Assembly (NCBI RefSeq): GCF_001194135.2
Contig: NC_068999.1
Location: 51,565,872 to 51,600,886, forward strand
DNA: 35,015 bases
DNA from: Octopus bimaculoides
Lineage: Eukaryota
Direction: 5' to 3'
Made by a program: the position numbers and the translations under genes. Shown here piece after piece: positions 12,931-22,959 of the stretch (position 1 is the first letter of the stretch; the number at the start of each line of letters is the position of its first letter). Under the pieces are notes generated by a model. The model had not been told where the DNA came from. It made no database searches and saw only the letters and a program-made list of their open reading frames with translations.

Positions 12931-13825
12931 CAGAAGTACATTAGAAATAACATAAAGTCAAACTAAAACGTATAACTCCGAGACACCTTGTGCAGTGGGT
13001 AAGTGGGTGTCATCGTGTCTAATAAAAATGGAGCATTAACAATTTAAAGTACAATAAAATGTGATGAGAATAAATTAATATTATGCTATTTCTAATACTA
13101 CTTTATTTTGTTAAGTATAGGAGAGAACTCTAGACACGTATCAGACTCGCGAATCGTTAAGAGTACATAAAATAGTGTCTAAGTCTTGACCGGGAGAAAA
13201 AGAGAATTGCTTAAAAAGTAATTAATCCTGATACACCATCCATATGACATTAACAATACAGCAACACTCCAGAAATAAATATGATTACTAAAAAACAAAT
13301 ACAGCAAAATAACAACTAAGTGACACTACTTAGATGGTAAACTAAGGTAAATGGGTGTCATATTTAATGCAGTGAACATTAAGAAAGTTAAACACTACGG
13401 AAATGAGTGACCACAATATTAGTCGATCAGGCTATCGATAAAGTGTCATACTTAGATGTTCTGCACCGTTTGGGAGCAGTCAGTTCAATGGAAGAGGTTT
13501 GGGACGCAGAAAAGCAAAAGTTAGATGTTGCACAGCGAGAAGCTATCTGCTTGAGTGTTTTACTTTGATTTTGTTGGGGGGGGGGGGCGGTTGGTTTTTT
13601 TTTGTCTTTTTTTGTGTTCTTAGTGACCTGCAATATCAGTCGATGGTTAGTGGATGGTGATACAATATTAGTCGATAGCTGGTTGTTATAAAAATATAGA
13701 TATAACAATAGGAACAGAAAATAAGTAAGTAAAAGCAAGCATCGAACGTAAATGCTATCGTCTGTTTCAAATCGAGCAGTTACCGTCTGTTTCAAAATTT
13801 TAATGTAATATTTGTGTAATAACGA

Positions 13826-14288
13826 AGAACACATGCAGAAAAAGCTAAAACACCTGCAGAAAAAGCTAAAACACATGCAGAAAAAGCTAAAACACATGCA
13901 GAAAAAGCTAAAACACCTGCAGAAAAAGCTAAGAACACCTGCAGAAAAAGCTAAAACACCTGCAGAAAAAGCTAAAACACATGCAGAAAAAGCTAANNNN
14001 NNNNNNTGCAGAAAAAGCTAAAACACCTGCAGAAAAAGCTAAGAACACCTGCAGAAAAAGCTAAAACACCTGCAGAAAAAGCTAAAACACATGCAGAAAA
14101 AGCTAAGAACACCTGCAGAAAAAGCTAAAACACCTGCAGAAAAAGCTAAGAACACCTGCAGAAAAAGCTGAGAACACCTGCAGAAAAAGCTAAGAATACC
14201 TGCAGAAAAAGCTAAGAAAACCTGCAGGAAAAGCTAAAGCACCTGCAGGAAAAGCTAAGAACACCTGCAGAAAAAGTTAAAACACCTG
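13826..14288 (+). repeat. Minisatellite, 21/22-bp unit ACAC(C/A)TGCAGAAAAAGCTAA(G)A, about 21 units as assembled, with an internal 10-N gap
   Basis: Directly visible tandem units; the units decay toward the 3' end. Confidence 0.95.
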
Positions 14289-14302
14289 GATTTCGTGCGT
14301 GC

Positions 14303-14342
<40 letters not shown>

Positions 14343-15127
14343 ATGGCAAACAATGAATGAGATAAGCATGGAATGAAAAAATCGTATAAATAAAAACACG
14401 TTAAAAACTAACTTGTACCGAATATTTAAATATGTGAACTTAGTAAATATTTCTTTCTGTAATTTATCGTAGTTGTTTACAAGTAGCGAATTAATGAAAG
14501 CATTAAAATAGAGAGTGAGAGACTCTGCTGTTTTTACGTCAATACCGGAAGTTGACATTGAGAAACCTTTTTAAAGAAGTGAATCATAAATATAAAGCAA
14601 TATCTTTTTTTTTTTTAATGAAAAAAATCAATTGAAGAGCCTTACATGTGTCCGAGGTCGAATTATTCATGCATCACNNNNNNNNNNGGTATCAGTTACC
14701 TGTGCTGTCCCTCGGCATGGGTATCCAGGCACATTATGCCCATAGGGCACAGGTAACAACAGAATAAACAAAAGTTTATCAGGAATCAAATTTAAATAAT
14801 CAGAAAATGGAGAAAACTTTAGATCAGCAAATAAACAACTTGGACCACATCTGTAGATTATTTTTTAATACAAAACATAACATGACATAACAATTCTTAC
14901 GGCCGTTTCCGCTTCCAATGTCAGTCGGTGCCTACCATAATAATATTCTTCATCTTCATAGGATTTCGAACTAGTACCTGGAGCTTCATCAGAGTAAATA
15001 CAAAAGCGTCCAAAAAATAAACAAAGAGAGGGAATAGGAAAGAAATATGGCCTAGAGAAGAACCCAGAAGGCTATATAGCGTGCGGACAGTATTTGAGGA
15101 CACATGCATTTTTAGTCATTTTATTTG

Positions 15128-15410
15128 AGTACTGGGGTCGATGTAATCGACTTACCCGCTCCCATAAATTTGCTGACCTTCTGCCAAAGTTTTAAAATAA
15201 TATGAGGTCTAGTAATCGTTAGCACGCCGGGTAAAGAGCTCAGCGGCATTTCATCTGTCTTTATGTTCTGAGTTCAAATTCCGCTGAGGTCGACTTTGCA
15301 TTTAATCTTTTCGGGGTCGATGAAATAAAGTAGCAGCGGAGTACGGGGTCGATGTAATCGACTTACCCACAAGCCTGAAATTGCTGGCCTTGTGCCAAAA
15401 TTTGAAACTA
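15128..15410 (+). mobile_element. Family-A SINE preceded by a 3' fragment of another copy
   Basis: Duplicated tail actggggtcgatgtaatcgacttaccc; core gagttcaaattccgctgaggtcgactttg. Confidence 0.8.
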
Positions 15411-16474
15411 GAAATTTGTTAGGTTATATTCAACCGATTTAAACTTCTTCAAATAAAATATAAGTAATGGTTAGTCTTTTGGAGTTTTTTGGGGGGTCTT
15501 TTTTTTTGCTATTTCACTTCCATTGAGGTAATAGTACCTGCATTNNNNNNNNNNNNNNNNNNNNNNNNNNNNNNNNNNNNNNNNNNNNNNNNNNNNNNNN
15601 NNNNNNNNNNNNNNNNNNNNNNNNNNNNNNNNNNNNNNNNNNNNNNNNNNNNNNNNNNNNNNNNNNNNNNNNNNNNNNNNNNNNNNNNNNNNNNNNNNNN
15701 NNNNNNNNNNNNNNNNNNNNNNNNNNNNNNNNNNNNNNNNNNNNNNNNNNNNNNNNNNNNNNNNATGTTTCTTTTAAAAAAAATTTTAATTAAAAAAAAA
15801 AAAGGAATTCTCAAAAATTCGTAATCTATGTATTTTGATACGTGGATTAAAAATAATAATTCGAAAACAGATAAGAATTAATAAATTAGCAGGTGGGGAT
15901 TAGAATTCTGAAAACGTGATTTAAGGGGTATAATCGTATTCTCCTATATCGAAAACAGAATTCCGAAGAAAGTTTAGGAAAAATTTTTTTTTTTTTAATC
16001 ATCGGAAATGGGTGATGCGCACGCGCTTTACCTTCGTTCACTTTCTTACTTATGGAACCCTTTAATTTCTATTTTATTCGAGTGGACCCTCATAGCCATT
16101 CGATGCTTAAGAATCATAACATTTTATGTGATTAGTAAATGTATAAAAAAAATTGTTAAAATATTTTGTGCAGACTCCAAAGACATTAAAAAATGTAAAC
16201 CGGAGTGAGGAGAGTTATCTCCCTTACAAAACCTTTTTTTTATATGGGGTTATTTCCCTTGAATCAATTTTTTTTTATATATATAGCTAATTGGCATTTC
16301 TCCGGTTACGATGATGAGGGTTCCATTGATCCGATGAACGGAACAGTCTGCTCGTGAAATGAACGTGCAAGTGGCTGAGCACTATAGTTGAGTGCCTGTA
16401 ACACCTTATAGCTTCATCGGAGCTTCATGTGTGTGTGTGTGTGTGTGCGTGTGTGGATAGATAGATAGATAGAT

Positions 16475-16625
16475 ATACGACGAGCTTCCGCAAAGTTTCC
16501 GACTACGAAATTCACTTATATCACATTGGCTGTGGTCGGCTGGAGCTATAGTAGAAGACACTTGTCCAAAGTGACGCGCAGTGGGACTGAACCTGAAACC
16601 AAAGGCCACAAAGCGAACTTCTTCA
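16475..16625 (-). mobile_element. tRNA-derived SINE, family B (CORE/MIR-like ggcaccttgggcaagtgtcttctactatagc)
   Basis: Reverse complement of gggttcagtcccactgcg...ttgg.caagtgtcttctactatagc, the motif also seen at 18301-18350. Confidence 0.75.
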
Positions 16626-16895
16626 GGGTATGGGGTATATGTCGGTTCTGTGATGACTGAACCTATATGCTTATTTTCTTTCCTTTTTTTCTTTTTCTTG
16701 TTTCTTTTTCTGTCTGTAGGAATATTTTGTATAATTGATAAGGATAGACTTCAATCAGAAAAATAAAATAGCTTGAAGATAATAGTACTTGACAGTTTAT
16801 GTTTACCATCATTCAGTGCACACGTAATTATTTATTCTTACTTCAGACATTGGACTATGGCCATGCTGGGGCATCGGGTGGAAGTGTTTAGTTGA

Positions 16896-16943
<48 letters not shown>

Positions 16944-17254
16944 GTATCATTTATATTCCGTGAGTCGGACTATTTTATATCCATACACATATATTATACA
17001 GTTTTTTTCTTCGAAGTGTATTCTATCTACATAGAGAACACCTGTCTCTAAACTATAAACTATATGTGTGTGTGTGTCTATATGTATGTGTGTGTGTGTG
17101 TGTCAGAGACAGCCAGACAGACAGAAAGAGACGAAGGGACAGAGAAATAGAGCAGGAGAAGGAGAGAGATAGAGAAAGATACTGCGGATACTGTGGAGCA
17201 ACGTGAAATATATATATGCAAGTACGTCTCCGTAATATATACCACACGATTTCC

Positions 17255-17395
17255 ATCTACCAAACTCACTCGTAACCCTTTGATCGGCCCGGGGCAGACT
17301 AATAGTAAAAGATACCCAAGATGTCGTGCAGTGGGACTGAACTCACAACTACATGGTTGCAAAGCGCGAACTTCTAAACCACACAGCCATGCCTA
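17255..17395 (-). mobile_element. Family-B SINE
   Basis: Same head and core in reverse orientation (gtgggactgaactcacaactacatggttgcaaagcgcgaacttctaaaccacacagcc). Confidence 0.75.
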
Positions 17396-18243
17396 CACTT
17401 ATATATTGGAGAAATATTTATCGAAACTTTTCTATTTCATCTGCGCTTGTTAATTCTTCTATTTGCATCTGTTGGCATTTATTGCAAATTAAAGGTGTTA
17501 ACCGTCTAGGCCTATCAAAATAATTCGATTTTGTAATTATTAATTGAAGGAGATGTAGCGCTTATGTCCATTGCACACCTTCCTATGTTGGTAACATCAA
17601 TACTATTGGTGTTCAGTTTGAACTACTCTCCGCTCAAGTTTGTGAAAGCGCTTGGCTTAACACATAAAGTGCGACGGGCCACAATCGTAATCGTCAGGCA
17701 CAGGTCGACAGGCTACGATCGTGGCCCAGATAGATGCATATAATTTATGGGTGTTTGTTGGGGTTTAATGTCACTCAAACGCCCNNNNNNNNNNNNNNNN
17801 NNNNNNNNNNNNNNNNNNNNNNNNNNNNNNNNNNNNNNNNNNNNNNNNNNNNNNNNNNNNNNNNNNNNNNNNNNNNNNNNNNNNNNNNNNNNNNNNNNNN
17901 NNNNNNNNNNNNNNNNNNNNNNNNNNNNNNNNNNNNNNNNNNNNNNNNNNNNNNNNNNNNNNNNNNNNNNNNNNNNNNNNNNNNNNNNNNNNNNNNNNNN
18001 NNNNNNNNNNNNNNNNNNNNNNNNNNNNTATTTTTTTGTTTTTTATGTGTGAATATTAGTCTCATTTTCACAAAACGTGCTCAGCAGTCCATGATATGTA
18101 AGTGCAAATCCCAGCCATTAAGTACACACACTGGTTGGAGTTCACTTTAGTTTTAGTTATGGTGTCAGATTTTTTTTCTTTTGACCAGAAAAGTTATCAT
18201 TACACAGCTATGACCTTTTCAAACTGTTTCAAATTCCAAGTAT

Positions 18244-18410
18244 GGCGCGGCACAGGTGTGGCTGTATGATTAAGAAGTTTGCTTTGCATCTACGTGATTT
18301 CGGGTTCAGTTCCACTGCGCGGCACCTTGGGCAAGTGTCTTCTACTATAGCTCCGGACCAATGCCTTGTGAGTGTATTTAGTAGAGAGAAACTATGTGGA
18401 AACCCGTTAT
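18244..18410 (+). mobile_element. Family-B SINE
   Basis: ggcgcggcacaggtgtggctgtatgattaagaagtttgctt...cgggttcagttccactgcgcggcaccttgggcaagtgtcttctactatagc. Confidence 0.85.
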
Positions 18411-19487
18411 ATATATATATATTGTGAGTGTGTGCGCGTGCGCGTGTGTGTCTGTCTGTCTGTCTTCTGTCACCGCTTGACAAACGGTGTGGGTTTCTTA
18501 TGTTTCCGTAACTTAGCGGTTCAGGATGTCATAAATAACAGTACCGCCGATAGTTGTTGTTGACAAACAACGGCACTAATTTTATTCAAGGGAAAAGATC
18601 CCATTACACCGTCACAACGTGTTGTTGACAATCCACAGCAGTAATTGTTTTCACCTCAATAGACGTCAGTGATTGGTTGAAATTACCGAAATACGACAAC
18701 TTTTAACATGAAATAACTTCCATACAAAATTTTTTCTCTGTTCTATAAGACAAAATATACAAATATACGAAGTTTTAAAGTGTTTCGGTAGAAAACACAC
18801 TAAATAAACACTAAATTAAAAATGGTGTCCGGCAAATCAGAAAGATCCTCAAACTTAAAAAAAAATACTGGAGTCGATTTGTTTGGCTAAACCCTGCAAG
18901 GCGGTGCCCCAGCATGGCCGCAGTCAGATTACTATAAAAAAAAAAGCAAAGCATAAAAGATGAGAGACTCCAGTTAAATTCTTCTTGTGTAATATTTTGA
19001 GTAGCGTATTGTTTTAATTCCTGAATTATATTCTAATGTAATATATTTCATAGATATTTCCCTTTGTCTTCATTAAGCATTCTAAATGATAGCTATTCCT
19101 TAGACATTCGTTGTTTTAATTAATCATTCCGGTTAGAAATTAACCTATTTCTCACATAATACATCACAACTGTTATTTCGTCATTAACATTTGTTGGAAC
19201 AATGGGGTTTTTTTTTCTTTTTAATTCTAATTTTATTTCAGTATAATTGTGGCAGTTTATCACTTTGAACGATCGGGAACAACTAATTGCATCAATGTTA
19301 ATCATTGGGGAAAACATAAAGGATTTCCTTGGTATAATTAATGAAAAAACATTCGACTTCTCACACAAGAAATGTTTTCGAACATATATTCAAAACAGAA
19401 TAAAGTAAAACTTGGATATTTTATGACAAAACTTCCAAATACTGGTTTTTACTTCCTTGTATATAAAAATGGTATTTATACATACAT

Positions 19488-19785
19488 ATGTGGCTATATG
19501 GTAGAAAGTTTACTTTCCAAACACGTGGTTCCGGGTTCAGTCCCACTTCGTAGCACCTTAGGCAAGAATTTACAACTACAGCCGAGGCCGACCAAAACTT
19601 TGTTACTGGATTTGATTGACAGAAACTGAAAGAAGCTGGTCGTGTGTGTGTGTGTGTGTGTGGTTTGCATACGTTCTCATAACTTAGGGGTTCGGTAAAA
19701 GCGATCGATGGAGTAAGGCTTCAAAATAATAATTAAAAAATAGGGTCAATTTGTTTGTCTAAAGCCCTTCCATACAGTGCCTCAA

Positions 19786-19790
<5 letters not shown>
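19488..19790 (+). mobile_element. Family-B SINE
   Basis: gtggctatatggtagaaagtttacttt...ccgggttcagtcccacttcgtagcaccttaggcaag, plus a tail after the (GT)n. Confidence 0.8.
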
Positions 19791-19831
<41 letters not shown>

Positions 19832-20089
19832 ACAGAGAGAGAAAGAAAGAGAGAGAGAGTGACACAGAGAGAGAGAGAGACAGAAAGAGAGAGAGGTGAG
19901 TTTCGAGATAGAATAATATGATCGAAATTATAAAGCATATGTTGATGTTTGTTTGGTATTTATGCTTAGTTCCAAGTGGGAAACTTAACGAATCGTTGTT
20001 TTCCGTCATATGAGACGAATAAAAAGTGAGATGAAATTGTCATGGTTAAAAATAAAAATCAGGATTTTTATACTTTCAAAACTTGCCCT

Positions 20090-20600
20090 AGTGGTGGGGG
20101 TGGCGGTATTTGTATGTAAGAAAAATTGTGATGTGGTTATCATTATTGGGCGGGTGTAATTCCGAAAACCGGCAGTGGAGATTATTTCAAAATGAAAATT
20201 CTGAAAGCAGAAGAATTTTACACACATGTCGTGCGTGTGCGCGAAATTCAGCGTAACTTTCTCATATTCGATTTCGAAAATTATTTCGAAAAAAGATACA
20301 TTTTTGACAGAATCACATTGTCCTCTTTTTTCTCCTCTTTCTCAGCTATACAACTCAAAAAAGAAAAAATTGTTCAAGTTCGCAAGGGAAAAAGCTGGCG
20401 GGAGGAGTTAATAATAAAATAAAATTTAATTCAATTTTTTTTTTTTTTTTCTATCTTCCATAGAATTGTAATCTTCCGCGTTGAAATCATAGAAATCCGA
20501 AGAAACTACCAAAAAATATATATATATAAATAAATAAGTTACACACGGTTATTTGGGATGCTCTGATTGTGGCGACATATAAATATACGGAAAATAGCGA
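20090..20600 (+). promoter_or_regulatory. Candidate TEX11 promoter region
   Basis: Non-repeat, locally CpG-richer island about 2 kb upstream of the first coding exon. It contains GGGCGGG (20148-20154), GCGCGAAA (20239-20246, E2F consensus on the - strand) and GGCGGGA (20397-20403). The TSS is not determined. Confidence 0.4.
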
Positions 20601-20696
20601 ATAAAAAGATTTGGCGAAAAAAAACAACCGACAAAATTTAAATATTAATATACATTTAACATTTATTTTCAAATTTATTTTTATTTTTCATTTCAG

Positions 20697-20815
20697 TTAT
20701 AAACATTGAATCAAATACGTAAATTTCTTCATTAGCTATTTTGTATTTGTTTTCGGGTTTGTTTTTAAGGTAGAATTTCTAAATCAGCTTTGTATACACC
20801 ATTTTCGAACACACG
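20697..20815 (+). other. Possible non-coding 5' UTR exon of TEX11
   Basis: tttttcatttcag acceptor and cg|gtaag donor, lying between the candidate promoter and exon 22598. Confidence 0.3.
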
Positions 20816-21480
20816 GTAAGATCTACCACAGAATATTCTGTAATGTATGCTGTAATCTTTGTTTTAAACTACCAGAACTTTTGATTTATCCCATATCTAA
20901 CAAACTCTGAAATTTTTTAAGGATTGTTAAACTATTTCTACCCCGTAAATCAACAAAATATTTTCGGTTTTGTTGATATTCAAAGTGTCGTCTGCTTTCA
21001 TGCTTTTCCTGTTCGTCAGAAAGTTTGCTTTCAAATTTTCTTTGAGAGATTGATTTGTTTATTCACTGTAGCGGATAACATTTCAAAGAGAAATGTTAAA
21101 CTTTGTTAACTATGAACGATTTATTCATTCGAAATGAGATAGATTTTATTTTATTATATAACTGATTTCAATTTTATGACCGCCTATAATAATATTATAA
21201 GCTCTCGACTTTATAATGTCAATCTCATTCTCCAGCAGACACACACGTATATAAATATACGTGTGTGTGTGTGTGTGTACATACAAACAATCACACACAC
21301 ACGCATCTATGTATGTATATATATATATATACATATATATATATGTATATATATATATANNNNNNNNNNNNNNNNNNNNNNNNNNNNNNNNNNNNNNNNN
21401 NNNNNNNNNNGGTAGATAAGGTATTTTTTGTAGGTTTGATATGTGTATGTATTTGTATGTATGTGTACATATCTAGAGGG

Positions 21481-21552
<72 letters not shown>

Positions 21553-21930
21553 GTGTGTGCGTGCGTGCGTGTGTAAAGAAAAAGAACGAAATCGACAATA
21601 ACTGACTAAAATTCGGCAATAAAATGAAACTTGAAAGAATTTTTTTCTTTGAGAGTGAAAGTTTATTTCTCAATCGCTTATGTATGGAAGAGACGACTAA
21701 ACTTTTTGGACGACCAGAAACGCCTGTAATAATCGCTGACAATATAATTAACACTGATGATCTTTGTTGAAAGGGATCTCTTACTACGAGATATTTGCAT
21801 CATCACGATTAATGGTTGAAGGCATCATTAACTTTATTGTTTCGTTTGGGATTAATTAATGATTCAGAGGTGAGATGCATTGCGCGTCAGCACGTTGGTG
21901 AATCATCAGATGGAAAAAGATTGGGGAAAT

Positions 21931-21962
<32 letters not shown>

Positions 21963-22009
21963 ATACACGCACACGTGCGCGTGTTGTTTGACTGCAACAC
22001 GTCCGTCTA

Positions 22010-22150
22010 CGGTTGGGTGGTAAAAAGCTTGCTTCCCAATAACATGGTTTCGGGTTCAGTCTCATTGTATGGCACATTGGGCAAGAGTTTCCACAATAGC
22101 CCCGAACCGACCAAAGCCTTGAAGTAGATTTGGGCGACGGAACGGGAAAA
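22010..22150 (+). mobile_element. Family-B SINE
   Basis: gtggtaaaaagcttgcttcccaataacatggtttcgggttcagtctcattgtatggcacattgggcaag. Confidence 0.78.
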
Positions 22151-22156
22151 ACTTGT

Positions 22157-22216
<60 letters not shown>

Positions 22217-22269
22217 TGCATGCGTGCGTGCATTATTTTATGATATTTTAATAGATATATAGATGTAGG

Positions 22270-22415
22270 TAATCGCTGAGCTGGTGGCCAACACCAAGGA
22301 GATGTTGTAAGATCTTCCCAGGGACACAGTGAGTAATGCATGCACCAGGTTCCAGAACCAACTTGAGGCCATGGTAGAAACTGAGGGTGGCTACTTTGAG
22401 CAAACTTATCTCCCG
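22270..22415 (+). mobile_element. Tc1/mariner transposase C-terminal fragment
   Basis: Reads DLPRDTVSNACTRFQNQLEAMVETEGGYFEQ, typical of the AC..F..RLEA....GG.FE transposase end. Confidence 0.65.
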
Positions 22416-22626
22416 GCCATAATCTAGTTGATGTTTTGTAGCTTTTTCTTAAAATACTTTTATTTTTGGATGAGATATTGTTTTCTTTTCCTTTTTTGCA
22501 AACTGTCAAATTTAACCCAAACACACTGTATGTATGTGTGTGTATATATATATATTTGTAATTTTCATTTCATTCGTATAACTTCTTTCTCTTTCAGGTT
22601 AACAACACTGGCTTACATAAAACACG

Positions 22627-22669
22627 ATGCTTTCTGTTAACATTAAATCTATAACTGGGCAATTACAAG
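22627..22669 (+). CDS. TEX11: TEX11 coding exon 1 ([14 protein letters not shown] + phase 1); exon probably starts at 22598
   Basis: Acceptor ttctttctctttcag ends at 22597, ATG at 22627, donor G|gtaatt. Phase 1 fits the next exon. Similarity to TEX11 is weak here. Confidence 0.72.
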
Positions 22670-22928
22670 GTAATTATTGCGAGATGGATGCTGGCACAAA
22701 TTTTTATCTCTAACTAATTGTGACACTCATAAAAGTCATACATTCCAATTAGGGTTGTAGAATCAAATTGTCAAAACAATTTGAAAAACACTCATTAACA
22801 CGAACACACTCATAAACACAAACACATACATGTGGCTGTGGCACACTCATATTGACAAACATTAATGTGTCTATGAATGCATACACACACAAACACACAT
22901 ATAGATATACATATATATATATACATAC

Positions 22929-22959
<31 letters not shown>

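Noticed and set aside
13812-14021. ORF with QKKLKH/TPAEKAK repeats resembling neurofilament or histone H1
   Set aside because: Minisatellite translation; the 22-bp units switch the frame and there is no flanking domain or splice support.
17564-17743. 59-aa ORF with a signal-peptide-like start (MSIAHLPMLVTSILLVFSLN...)
   Set aside because: No recognisable mature peptide, promoter or splice evidence; short hydrophobic ORFs are common by chance in AT-rich DNA.
20192-20422. 76-aa ORF MKILKAEEF... / possible terminal exon from 20346
   Set aside because: No homology recognised; it overlaps the candidate promoter and no consistent upstream exon chain could be built.
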